From positions 384,001 to 448,000 of the forward strand of contig CAWDML010000003.1 in assembly GCA_963803435.1 (NCBI GenBank): DNA of 64,000 nt, read 5' to 3'. The number at the start of each line of letters is the position of its first letter. Within the stretch, counting starts at the first letter, position 1. Positions 10,289 through 21,182 of this stretch are shown one piece after another. The notes under the pieces are model-generated. The model did not search any database. It was not told the origin of the DNA and saw only the letters and a program-made list of their open reading frames with translations. The position numbers and the translations under genes were made by a program. This stretch comes from an uncultured delta proteobacterium (GTDB taxonomy: Bacteria > Myxococcota > Kuafuiibacteriia > Kuafuiibacteriales > Kuafuiibacteriaceae).

Positions 10289-11773
10289 TCATTTGGGGGG
10301 CGCCGCACCGAGGGCGGCGCCGATCTTGTCCTCGATCTCCTGATAATCCGAGTACTTCGGGAACCGGTCGAGGATGCTCTGCCACTGGGCGACGGCGTCT
10401 TCGAGGCGACCGATCTCCAGGAGCGCCTGGGCGTGGGCGTCGAGGGTCCGGACCGTCTCGGTCTGGAGCGCCTCGGGATCGTTGGGAATCCGCTTCGGGG
10501 CCTCGGCGAGGGCGGTCTCGAACAGCCGGAGCCCCTCGGCGGCGAAGTCCGCCGCCAGCAGCTTCATCGGCGGTCGCGGCACCTCGCGGCGCTCGATCTT
10601 CCCGCCGATCCGCACGCCGGAGTCGACGGTGACCCGGCTGAAGCGCGCCAGCGCCGGCGACCAGCGGAACGTGCCCCAGAACGGCTCGCGCCCGGTGGTC
10701 AGGAAGGCGGCCAGGTCACGCTCGATCGGGATCGTGTCGTAGAAGTCGAGATGCCCGGGCTCGTCTCCCAGCCCGAGCTCGGTTCCGGCCTTTGTGTCCG
10801 CCTCGTCGATCTCGGGATCGGGTCGCTTCGTCCTCAGTGGCTCGACCTTCGCGATCAGCGCCCGCTGGTTGTCGCGGTACTGCTTCACCAGCTCCCTGAA
10901 CGCATCGACGTCGGCGGCGCCCGGCGTGGCGTCGCGCTGCGCGAGCGTCTTGAAGAGGGTATCGATCCGGTGGAGGTAGAGCTGTCCGCGGAGGATCCGG
11001 TACCCGATCGCGCGCGCGAGCGGAGCGTCTCCCGCGAGCACCTGATCGCTCTTCGACATCAGCTGGGCGTCGTTGGTGGTGAGCTCGGTGGATCGCACGG
11101 CCCGCGCGGCATAGAGCTTCTTCATGATCTCGAGGTAGCGCGCTTTTGCCACCGAGAACGCCGGCGCGTCGCTCATCACCTGCCGCATCTCCCTGGAGGC
11201 ACCCTCCAGGTTGCCGGAGTCCGCCAGATCGAGCGCCTTCGCGTAGCGCAGGATCGCCGGGAGCGGCGCCTCGGTATCCGACTGGTTCGACTCCTCCTCG
11301 CGGCAGGTCCCCGGTGCCAGCGCACACGAGAAGGAGCTGGTGAGCTTCTGCTGGAGATCGAAGAACTGGGTCTTCTTGCCGACCACCTTGTCGGTTGTGA
11401 CCACCCGCCCGGTGCTGACCTCGATCAACCGGACGTCGATGCGCAGCTGGTCTCCCGCCGCGCTGAACGCGCCGGTGACGGCGTGGGTCGCGCCCATGCC
11501 GTGGCCGAGCGCGAGCGCGGTCTTCTGATCGAAGTACTTCGAGCGCTGGAGCTTCATCTCCGCGAGGATCGACTCGAGCTTGGCGCGTTCGACCACCTCG
11601 ACCCCCGCGACGCCGGTCAGATCGGTGATGAGCATGTCCGCCATCCCCTTCCTGAGGACTTCGAAGTCACGGTCGGGGGTGTTGTTGTCGAAGTAGAGGA
11701 CTGCGACGCGGAGGTTCGCGCTGGCGGTGGCGGGGAGCGCGACCAGCATCAGGGTCGCCAGAAGCGGAAGCAT
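10289..11773 (-). CDS. Exported CsgG/HfaB/TolB-N-like protein with helical/TPR C-terminus
   Basis: Signal peptide; VAVLYFDN...GMADMLITDL...VVER...GAF...LRIDVRLIEVSTG pattern; terminal TPR. Confidence 0.75.
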   Translation of the reverse strand: MLPLLATLMLVALPATASANLRVAVLYFDNNTPDRDFEVLRKGMADMLITDLTGVAGVEVVERAKLESILAEMKLQRSKYFDQKTALALGHGMGATHAVTGAFSAAGDQLRIDVRLIEVSTGRVVTTDKVVGKKTQFFDLQQKLTSSFSCALAPGTCREEESNQSDTEAPLPAILRYAKALDLADSGNLEGASREMRQVMSDAPAFSVAKARYLEIMKKLYAARAVRSTELTTNDAQLMSKSDQVLAGDAPLARAIGYRILRGQLYLHRIDTLFKTLAQRDATPGAADVDAFRELVKQYRDNQRALIAKVEPLRTKRPDPEIDEADTKAGTELGLGDEPGHLDFYDTIPIERDLAAFLTTGREPFWGTFRWSPALARFSRVTVDSGVRIGGKIERREVPRPPMKLLAADFAAEGLRLFETALAEAPKRIPNDPEALQTETVRTLDAHAQALLEIGRLEDAVAQWQSILDRFPKYSDYQEIEDKIGAALGAAPPK

Positions 11774-11904
11774 GGCGGCAGTCTACCCAACGGACCGCCG
11801 CGGCGTTGGGTGTAGGTGCACCGACTACCCTATTCGGACGCACCGGATCGGGAGCGAACACGATAACGACAATGGGGCGAGCTATGCTCGCTCCGGGAGG
11901 AACG

Positions 11905-13788
11905 ATGCGCATCAGGATGATCGCGTCCCTCGGGGCCCTTTTTCTCTTCGCGTCGACCCGGGCCGACGCCTTCTCCGCCCAAGGCCACCGCTGGGAGAAC
12001 CAGCCCGGCGATCCGGTGCCGTACGAGCTCTCTCCCGACGGCACCGCCGACGTCCCCGATGGGACCGACCTCGAAGCGATCCGGCGCGCCTTCATGACCT
12101 GGGAGTCGGTCTCATGCGCGTACCTAACGTTCGCCGAGACGGCGTGGAGCGGCCAGAAGGTGGTGGCGAACGACGGCAAGAATCGGATCTTCTGGGCCGA
12201 GACCGCGGAGGAGTGGAACGGGAACCAGGGCACGCTCGCGCTGACGTACACGTTCTACAACCTCGACGGCGACATGCGCCTCACGGACGCCGACATGGTG
12301 ATCAACGGCGTGGACTGGACCTGGACCACGCACGACGAGGAGATCGGTACCGGAACGCCCGCCAAGGTCGACGTGGAGACGGTGGTGCTCCACGAGATCG
12401 GACACTTCTTCGGGCTGAACCACACCTCCGATCCGAGCGCCGTGATGTATCCCTCGAACAACAAGCTCAAGCAGCGCTCGCCGGCGACCGACGACATCGA
12501 GGGCATCTGCTCGCTCTATTCGAACGGGATGCCGGTGCCGGACGATCCGAACAATCCGACCGGCAACAGCGGAGGTCCGGTCGGTGCGCCCTGTCAGGCT
12601 CCGATCGACTGCGCCTCCACGCTCTGCATCGACGATCAGCTGATCAATCAGCAGTACTGCACCGCGCAGTGCGCGCCCGAGCGGCCGGAGACCTGCCCCT
12701 CCGGGTTCCTCTGCGAGGCCACCCAGCAGGGATCGTACTGCCTGGCACCGGCGCCGGTGGACGAGCTGTGCGATCAGTGCAGCGACGGATCGCAGTGCGC
12801 CACCGGCCTCTGCATCCAGGTGCCGAACGTCAACAACTACCAGCCGTTCTGCTCGCGGGCCTGCGACCCGACACCCGGCCAGCCTCAGCAGTGTCCGTCG
12901 GGCTACTCGTGCCAGGTCACGCAGCAGCAGCAGACGCAGCTGGGCGCGTGCGTGCCCAACACCGGGATCTGCAACCCGACCGGCAAGGGCGGCCAGAACG
13001 AGGCCTGCTTCGCCAACGGCGGGTGCAAGCCCGGCCTCATGTGTCTCGAGTACTATCCGGGCACGGGGATCGCGTTCTGCTACGGCGCCTGCCCGGCCCA
13101 GTACGACGGCTTCTCGTGCGGGATCGAGCGGTCGCGTTGCACCGCGCTGATGGACGTACCGAACACGGCGGCCTGCTTGACGATCGCCTCTGCAGGACAG
13201 CCCTGCATCCCCGAGGTCTGCGATCAGTTCTCCTTCTGCGCCTACGACGAGAACGTCGGGATCGACTCGGCGCTCTGCTACCAGGTGTGCACGCAGAACG
13301 GGTGCCCGCCCAACTTCTCCTGTCAGACGTTCGAGGGCATCCCGCCGCTCTGCGTCCCGAACGCCGGGTTCAAGTACGACGGCGAGTCCTGCGCGGGCAG
13401 CGCCGAGTGCGTCTCGGGACTCTGTCAGAACATCGGGCAGCTCAAGCTCTGTACAGAGACGTGCTCGGTCAACGACGCACAGGGCTGTCAAGCCGGCTTG
13501 CGCTGCGTGCCGGAGCCCGCCAGCTCGCAGGGGCTCTGCTGGCCGGAGAGCCTCTCCGACCCGGACGCTCAGGATCCGAGCCGCAACATCACGATGGTCC
13601 CGGCGCAGCCGGGCGTCTGCAGCTGCGACTTCACGAACCAGTGCGACCAGGGCTGCGCGTGCGATCCGGAGTGCACCGGGTGCGGTTGCACCAGCGCCGG
13701 CGGGCCGAGTGGGAGCGTCCTCTGGGCTCTCTTGCCCCTGCTGGCCGGGGGGCTACTCCGACGGCGTCGCGTCGTGCGGCACCACTAG
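11905..13788 (+). CDS. Matrixin (M10) zinc metalloprotease with Cys-rich repeats and MYXO-CTERM-like tail
   Basis: GGAGG before ATG 11905, signal peptide, HEIGHFFGLNH, Met-turn AVMYP, Cys-rich modules, C-terminal GCGC...hydrophobic...RRRR. Confidence 0.9.
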   Translation: MRIRMIASLGALFLFASTRADAFSAQGHRWENQPGDPVPYELSPDGTADVPDGTDLEAIRRAFMTWESVSCAYLTFAETAWSGQKVVANDGKNRIFWAETAEEWNGNQGTLALTYTFYNLDGDMRLTDADMVINGVDWTWTTHDEEIGTGTPAKVDVETVVLHEIGHFFGLNHTSDPSAVMYPSNNKLKQRSPATDDIEGICSLYSNGMPVPDDPNNPTGNSGGPVGAPCQAPIDCASTLCIDDQLINQQYCTAQCAPERPETCPSGFLCEATQQGSYCLAPAPVDELCDQCSDGSQCATGLCIQVPNVNNYQPFCSRACDPTPGQPQQCPSGYSCQVTQQQQTQLGACVPNTGICNPTGKGGQNEACFANGGCKPGLMCLEYYPGTGIAFCYGACPAQYDGFSCGIERSRCTALMDVPNTAACLTIASAGQPCIPEVCDQFSFCAYDENVGIDSALCYQVCTQNGCPPNFSCQTFEGIPPLCVPNAGFKYDGESCAGSAECVSGLCQNIGQLKLCTETCSVNDAQGCQAGLRCVPEPASSQGLCWPESLSDPDAQDPSRNITMVPAQPGVCSCDFTNQCDQGCACDPECTGCGCTSAGGPSGSVLWALLPLLAGGLLRRRRVVRHH

Positions 13789-14658
13789 TACGGGCACCTT
13801 CGCCTCCGCGATCACGCGCGTCGCCGTGGAGCCGATGATCATACGGTGCCAGGCGTTGTGTCCACTGGTGCCGATCGCGATCAGATCCGCGCCGAGAATC
13901 TCGGCCGTGTCGAGGATGACGTTGGCGGCCGGCGCCTTGCTCATGGCCTCCGCGCTCACCGTGACGGTACCCGTGTCGACCTCTCGGATAATCTGCTCGA
14001 TCGCCTTCTCCCGCTCTGCGCGGAGCGACTCGATCTCCTCAGCGGAGAAGTAGCGCGGAAGGACGTCCTCGTCGACGGAGACCAGCGGCGTCTCGTAGAG
14101 TGAGAGGGCCTGCACGCGTCCGCCGGGGATCGTCATCCGGATCGCGCCGGACAGCACGCCCTTCGACACCGGGGACAGGTCGATGGCCGCCAGCACGTTG
14201 GCGAAGTGGGTCGAGTGCCTTCGCTCGCCGACGACCAGCACGGGACAATGCGCCACACGGATCAGCGCGTTCGCTACGCTGCCGAGCAGGGTCCGGCGTA
14301 GGACCCCGTAGCCGTGGCTGGCGATCACGATCAGATCGGCGCCGATCGTGCTGGCCACGCTCGCCAGATCCCGGGATGGGATCCCACGTTTGACCTCGCG
14401 CGTGATCTGCAGGTGCTCGCTCTGGATCTCGCCGAGCTTCTCGAGGGCGACCTTCCGCCGGCTCTCCTCGATCTGCGCCATGTCGGTGGCCGTATAGGCG
14501 AACGGATACGGCGCATGCAGGACGGACATGTCCAGGATGTGGATGATGTGAACGCGCTTGGCGCCGACCCTCGCGCCCATGTCCAGGGCGGTTTGAATCG
14601 CCACGTCGGACAAGGGCGAGAAGTCGGTGGCAGCGACGATGGTCTCGATCTTCTTCAT
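13753..14658 (-). CDS. Tandem-domain universal stress protein
   Basis: Two Usp domains (ATDFS...ADLIVIASHG..LLGSVA..CPVLVV; AIDLS...GSTA..VPVLVV). Confidence 0.93.
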   Translation of the reverse strand: MKKIETIVAATDFSPLSDVAIQTALDMGARVGAKRVHIIHILDMSVLHAPYPFAYTATDMAQIEESRRKVALEKLGEIQSEHLQITREVKRGIPSRDLASVASTIGADLIVIASHGYGVLRRTLLGSVANALIRVAHCPVLVVGERRHSTHFANVLAAIDLSPVSKGVLSGAIRMTIPGGRVQALSLYETPLVSVDEDVLPRYFSAEEIESLRAEREKAIEQIIREVDTGTVTVSAEAMSKAPAANVILDTAEILGADLIAIGTSGHNAWHRMIIGSTATRVIAEAKVPVLVVPHDATPSE

Positions 14659-14682
14659 GGGTGCTCCCCGCGCAGGAAATGA

Positions 14683-14698
14683 CGCAAACACCGTGCCG
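14683..14698 (-). promoter_or_regulatory. sigma54 (-24/-12) promoter of the Usp gene
   Basis: Minus strand CGGCACGGTGTTTGCG matches TGGCACG-N4-TTGC with correct spacing, 25 bp upstream of the ATG. Confidence 0.65.
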
Positions 14699-14746
14699 AT
14701 GCCGAACGCCCGGAGGTCGCGCGGCGCGTTACCGGAGGGAAACCGC

Positions 14747-15625
14747 TCACGGGCGGACCTTCACCCGGGTCAGGCGGTCGTAGATGTTCTCCTCCCAGTA
14801 GGCGGACCGGAGGGACTCGATGAGCGTCATGCCGAAGTTGCCGGCGTTCGAGCGGACCTGGATCAGCGTGCGCGCGGGATCGAGGGCGCGCCAGTACGTC
14901 ACCTCGTCCGTGGTGGGGCCGAACGTGGACTCGATCGCGTGGGCGTAGTGGACGACGATCTTCTCCGCGTCCTCCTCTCTCGCCGCCGTCGTGATCTTCT
15001 CGGTGCCGACCAGCTCGATCATGGCATCGACGTACGTGCCGTCGATCAGGATCACCGAGAAGTCGACCTGCTTGTTGAGCGTGAAGTCGACCGTGCGGAC
15101 CACCAGCGGCATCGCCACGGTGGGATAGGCGAGCGTCTCGTATTCGATCGTATCGTCGGTGTTGCCGTAGTCGTCGCTGCGCTCGAGCACGTGGACCTGT
15201 CGGCCGGCCAAGAACGCGAGCTCACGGTACTGGTTCGAGCACCAGTCGAAGCGGTTGGCGGACACCTTCATCGGCGACAGATCTTCCTGCGCAAAGTTGG
15301 TGACGAAGGACTGCTTGAGCTGCTCGCTCCCGGACTCGTACTCGAAGAACAGCGTCCACTTGAGATCGGGGACGCCCGGGTCGGCCTTGGTCTGACGCAC
15401 GCGATCGAAGCCGTGCTTGGTGAGCTGGGTGGCGGCGGTGAAGCTCCGGCGTCCACCCGAGCCGTCGAACCAGGCGTCGTAAAAGGCGACCTCGGACTTG
15501 CCGTCGTCCCAGAGCGGCTGCGTCAGCCAGGCGTGCTCGGCGATGGTCGGAGAGGGCGCCTCCGGGGGCCCGTCGGGCTGGTGGCAGGCGAAGAGGAGCA
15601 GCGCCAGGCACGCCGTCGATCGCAT
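14747..15625 (-). CDS. Hypothetical lipoprotein
   Basis: MRSTACLALLLFAC lipobox-like signal; GC3-biased codons; WDDGKSEVAFY motif. Confidence 0.75.
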   Translation of the reverse strand: MRSTACLALLLFACHQPDGPPEAPSPTIAEHAWLTQPLWDDGKSEVAFYDAWFDGSGGRRSFTAATQLTKHGFDRVRQTKADPGVPDLKWTLFFEYESGSEQLKQSFVTNFAQEDLSPMKVSANRFDWCSNQYRELAFLAGRQVHVLERSDDYGNTDDTIEYETLAYPTVAMPLVVRTVDFTLNKQVDFSVILIDGTYVDAMIELVGTEKITTAAREEDAEKIVVHYAHAIESTFGPTTDEVTYWRALDPARTLIQVRSNAGNFGMTLIESLRSAYWEENIYDRLTRVKVRP

Positions 15626-15753
15626 GGAATCGAGGTAGCGCGGATCGGTTCGTGCGGTAAAGGTTTGACGCCGAGCGGCCGTTTCCCCCACGTTTTCGTA
15701 GGCATTGAACAAGTCGTTGTGCGGTCGCGGACAATGGTTCTAGGCGAGTTCGT

Positions 15754-17076
<1,323 letters not shown>

Positions 17077-17118
17077 GAGCCGGTCCAGAAACCGTTCCGT
17101 TCGCAGTTTGCTGTTTCG

Positions 17119-18405
17119 GTGCGCCGCGAAGCGGCGTCGTTCCTAGCAGGATGAGAGGAGCCTGCCCTGATAGTAATCGAGCAGTCAGGTAGCCAGATCC
17201 CCTGCGTGGCGCCGCGAGGTGCCCAGCAGAAGCGGGATCAGAACGGTCACGGGCGGCAATCCGTGGCTGCGAAGTGGCGGGCCGCAGCGCGAAGCGAACC
17301 CAGCCGTAGCCTCGTAAGGATATGGAGAGGCCGAGCCCCTCGGAACTGGGCGAAGGCAGGACGGACGTGAACAGCGGCTCGATGCGCGAAGCGTTCCGCT
17401 CTCCCGGGGTAACAGGGGCAGCACGCCACGAAAGGAAGACGTTGAACGCGGGAGACCTCGACCGGCGCGGATGGCCACCGCAGCGCACGCACAAGGCCGC
17501 AAGCCGAGGCGCGCGGGCCGGCGAGGAGTCGGACGAGTCCGTAGTACCTGAGAAGGCAGTGAAAACCGCTGGAGGGAAGGGGCTCTACTTGTCGATGCCC
17601 GCGAAGGACGGGGGATTGCGATGACGCTAGAAACTCCTTCGAAGATCCGCGAGCTGCAAAGGGCGCTGTACCAGACGGGCCAAGAAGGAGCCGAAGTTCC
17701 GCTTCTACGCGCTCTACGACAAGGTCTACCGTCCGGACATCCTGGCGCATGCCTACGCGTTGGCAAGAGCCAACCGAGGCGCGCCCGGGCCCGACGGCGA
17801 GACCTTCGAGGAGATCGAACAGAGCGGAAAGACGGCGCTGCTGGATGAGCTGCACAATGCGCTGAAGAACAAGACGTATCGCCCGGGACCAGTCCGCCGA
17901 GTGAACATCCCAAAACCTGACGGCGGTGAGAGGCCGTTGGGCATCCCGAATATTCGAGATCGCATCGTCCAGGGAGCAGCCAAGCTGATCCTGGAGCCGA
18001 TCTTCGAAGCGGATTACGACGACGCGTCGTTCGGATTCCGTCCACGAAGAGGTGCGCACCAAGCGCTCGATGCGATCGGCGAAGCCTTCGACGAAGGGAT
18101 GTGTTGGGTGATCGACGCCGACATCACGGCCTACTTCGACACGATCCCTCACGACCACCTGATGAAGGCTGTCGCGGAGCGCGTCGTCGACGGTCCAATG
18201 CTGGCGCTGATCAAGATGTTCCTCGAAGCACCCATCGTAGCGAGCGATGACTCGCGCCCACGGCGGAACCGCAAGGGGACGCCGCAGGGAGGTGTGATAT
18301 CGCCGCTCCTTGCGAACCTCTACCTGCACCTGCTGGACCGTAACTTCAGGAAGTACGTAGCGGTGGATGCGCTCGACGGACGGCTGGTCCGCTATGCCGA
18401 CGATT
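17119..18405 (+). mobile_element. Group II intron, 5' part only (no domain V/VI visible)
   Basis: 5' GTGCG at 17119. Intron-typical blocks CTCCCGGGGT, GGGAGACC, GAGTCGGACGAGTCCGTAGTACC, GGAGGGAAGGGGCTC. Candidate EBS1 CGAAGC (17387-17392) pairs with exon GTTTCG (17113-17118). RT ORF follows. Confidence 0.88.
17621..18405 (+). pseudogene. ltrA: Group II intron reverse transcriptase/maturase, frameshifted (~17678) and truncated at YADD
   Basis: [10 protein letters not shown] / [65 protein letters not shown]; nothing RT-like after YADD. Confidence 0.92.
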
Positions 18406-18416
18406 GTGCGCCACGA

Positions 18417-18691
18417 CGTCGCATGGTGGTGAAAGCCTCTCCAGGTGCGGCCTTCGAAGTGATCGAGGCCGAGTTCGCCTTTCATTTCCTGGTAGTCGCG
18501 CTCAACACGCCAGCGCAGCTTGCGGAGACGAACGGCCATCGGTTAAACGCTCTTGCGCTCACCTTCGAGCAATAGCCCCGTCACGTAGTGGGTCATCGCG
18601 CGCGCCGCTCAGGACGCCCCATACCCTCGGTCATCGTCGCGAGGAAGGACGTCAGCTCGCTGTCGAGCTTCTTCAGTTCGTGCGGCTTCAT
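18417..18691 (-). pseudogene. IS701-family transposase remnant with large internal deletion
   Basis: MKPHELKKLDSELTSFL..MGRPERR (frameshift ~18600) [21 protein letters not shown] joined directly to the C-terminal motif [33 protein letters not shown]; stop at 18543-18545. Confidence 0.85.
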
Positions 18692-18915
18692 ATCCTCGCG
18701 TACCCGAATCGCCCCTTCACCGCGTGGTTGAAGTAGACGCCCTTCGACTCCGCCACCAAGAAGCCGCCATAGATCTCGGCCGGCACCTCGAAGTACCGGT
18801 ACACGGTGCCACTGCGAAACTCGATCTCCAGCGTTCGCACGTCGACTGCGTATCCAACCGAAGCCACACTCGACGACTCGACAGGGACTCGTGGTAGCGA
18901 TGCTCCATTCATCAT
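18688..18915 (-). CDS. KTSC domain protein
   Basis: RVPVESSSVASVGY....TLEIEFRSGTVYRYFEVP..Y..FL.AESKG.YFN is the KTSC pattern; start uncertain. Confidence 0.9.
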   Translation of the reverse strand: MMNGASLPRVPVESSSVASVGYAVDVRTLEIEFRSGTVYRYFEVPAEIYGGFLVAESKGVYFNHAVKGRFGYARI

Positions 18916-19032
18916 GCGCGCCACGATCTCAGGTTCCGATCGCGACGACGATCCCCCGCCGCAACAGATCGATCTCAATCGGCTTTCACACGTGGTCGCG
19001 CCGTCCGCGGAAAGGACCAGGTAGTACTAAGC

Positions 19033-21117
19033 TCAGCGCTTCGCGGATTTGACGATCGCGAGGATGTCGGGGCCGTGCTTGGCCCGCTTGGCCGGACCGA
19101 TCCCCGAGATCGATTCGAGGGCGGTGAGCGTGGCCGGGCGCGCGGTCGCGACGGCGCGCAGCAGGGCGTCGGTGGCGACGACGTACGCCGGCATCTCGAG
19201 CTCGCGGGCGGTGGCGGTGCGCCAGGCGCGGAGCAGCGCGAAGAGGTCCTGATCCTCAGGGCGGAGCGGGAGCGCGGCCGGACTCTCCTTCTTGCCGCGG
19301 CCGGTGCGGGACCTCTTCTTGGTGGGGACGTCGTCACCCCAGCGGGCCAGGCGGAGATCGAGCGAGATCGGCGTTCGGGCGCGGAGGGACTCGGCACCAG
19401 CGTCGGTGAGCACGAGGCGCGGATACTCCTCGATGGTGATGTGGGCGAGGCCGGCCCGGAGGAGGGCGTCGAAGAGGGCGATCAGCTCGTCCTTGGACCA
19501 GTCGGCGAGGAGGCCGAAGGTGGTGAGGCGGTCGAGGCCGACGCGCTTCACCTGGGGGCTGACCTTGCCCTGGAGAACCTCGATGACGCGGCCGCGGCCC
19601 CAGCGGCCCCGCATGCGGGCGATGCAGGAGAGCGCTTTCTGGGCGTCGGTGAGGTGAGGAGCCGCGAGGGGCCGGGGATCGGGCATCCGGCAGCGATCGC
19701 AATCGCCGCAGCGCTCGGGGCGGCGTCGGTCACCGAAGTAGTCGACCAGATAGCGGCGGCGGCAGGGCGCGCGGGTGACGTAGCCGACGATGGCGTCCAG
19801 CTTCATGCGCTCGTGACGAACGCGGCGCTCGAGGGCGCTGGCGGGCAGAGAGGGGCGATCGGCGTGGACCCGCAGGATCCCGTCGGCGAAGGAGAGGTCG
19901 CCGGTGCGCTCGAGCGCGACCACCGCGGCGCGAGCCGAGGGGCCCAGCCTCCGCTCGGCGAGCTCCGAGAGGGCGTCGAGGTGCGAGGGCGGAGGATTGC
20001 CGTGACGGGCCACGTCTCGAGCTAGATGCAAGGCACCTTGCAGAGTGGCGAAGTTGGGACAGGAGGCCTCGAGGCGCATCAACGCATAGCGGAGATCGCT
20101 GGCGTGGTAGATGAGCACGCCGCCGGCGGGCAGGCCGTCGCGCCCGGCGCGGCCGACCTCCTGATAGTAGGCCTCGAGGGAGGAGGGGACGTGGAAGTGG
20201 ACGACGACGCGGACGTCCTCCTTGTCGATCCCCATGCCGAACGCGCTGGTCGCGACCACGACGCGGTTCTTCTCCGCCTGGAAGGTCTCCTGGACGCGGG
20301 TGCGAGCCTCGCTCGACATGCCCGCGTGGTAGGCCTCGGCAGCGAAGCCGGCGGCGCTCAGGCTCTCGGCGAGCTCGTCAGAGCTCCGGCGGGTGGCCAC
20401 GTACACGATCGCCGAGCCGCCGTCCTTCATCCGCTCGCGGAGGGCGGCGGCCGTGGCCACGATCTTCTGCTCGCCCCGGTGCGCCTCCTCGACGGACAGC
20501 TGAAGGTTGGGCCGATCGAAGCCAGTGACGATCGTCTCGGCGTCCGGGAGGCGGAGGTTCTCGAGGATGTCCTGCTGGACGTCGCGGGTGGCGGTGGCAG
20601 TGAGGCAGGCGATCCGCCGCGGGCGGAGCTCTTCGATGACCTCGCCGAGCCTGGCGTAGTCCGGCCGGAAGTCGTGACCCCACTCGGAGATGCAGTGGGC
20701 CTCGTCGATCACGAAGAGCGGGACCGAGACCCTGGCGAGGCGCTGGGTGAAGCCGGGCTGCCGGAACCGCTCGGGCGCCACGTACAGGAGCTTCAGTCGG
20801 CCGGCGTCGAGATCCTCGAAGGCACGCCGGCGCGCTGAAGCGTCGTCGGCCGAGGTGATGGATGCGACGGGGACACCGTGGGCGGTGAGCGCAGTGACCT
20901 GATCGAGGATCAGCGCGATCAGCGGCGATACCACGACGGTGGTGCCCTCGAGGAGCACGGCGGGGAGCTGGTAGCAGAGGCTCTTTCCCGAGCCGGTGGG
21001 CATGACCGCGAGCGTGGGCCGACCGGCCATGACCGCGTCGATGACCTCGCGCTGCCCGATCCGGAAGGCGTCGTGACCGAACACCGACCGGAGCGCCTCG
21101 ATGAGCTGCTCGGACAC
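19033..21117 (-). CDS. recQ: RecQ-family ATP-dependent DNA helicase
   Basis: MPTGSGKSLCYQLP, DEAHCISEWGHDFRP, AFGMGIDK, QEVGRAGRDG, Zn-binding CRR..CGDCDRC, RQC and HRDC domains; likely GTG start 21117. Confidence 0.95.
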   Translation of the reverse strand: MSEQLIEALRSVFGHDAFRIGQREVIDAVMAGRPTLAVMPTGSGKSLCYQLPAVLLEGTTVVVSPLIALILDQVTALTAHGVPVASITSADDASARRRAFEDLDAGRLKLLYVAPERFRQPGFTQRLARVSVPLFVIDEAHCISEWGHDFRPDYARLGEVIEELRPRRIACLTATATRDVQQDILENLRLPDAETIVTGFDRPNLQLSVEEAHRGEQKIVATAAALRERMKDGGSAIVYVATRRSSDELAESLSAAGFAAEAYHAGMSSEARTRVQETFQAEKNRVVVATSAFGMGIDKEDVRVVVHFHVPSSLEAYYQEVGRAGRDGLPAGGVLIYHASDLRYALMRLEASCPNFATLQGALHLARDVARHGNPPPSHLDALSELAERRLGPSARAAVVALERTGDLSFADGILRVHADRPSLPASALERRVRHERMKLDAIVGYVTRAPCRRRYLVDYFGDRRRPERCGDCDRCRMPDPRPLAAPHLTDAQKALSCIARMRGRWGRGRVIEVLQGKVSPQVKRVGLDRLTTFGLLADWSKDELIALFDALLRAGLAHITIEEYPRLVLTDAGAESLRARTPISLDLRLARWGDDVPTKKRSRTGRGKKESPAALPLRPEDQDLFALLRAWRTATARELEMPAYVVATDALLRAVATARPATLTALESISGIGPAKRAKHGPDILAIVKSAKR

Positions 21118-21182
21118 CCGTCGAACGTATCCATCGCCCGCGCCCTCGCCAAGCACGAGCTGTCCGCTTTCGTTCCGCTCGC

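Noticed and set aside
17247-18539. 430-aa minus-strand ORF as a transposase fusion
   Set aside because: Only the first ~41 codons are IS701; the rest is the antisense of the intron.
17760-18575. RT as a retron, DGR or defence RT with a novel C-terminal extension
   Set aside because: It is preceded by group II intron RNA features, and the residues after YADD are antisense read-through of IS701 sequence.
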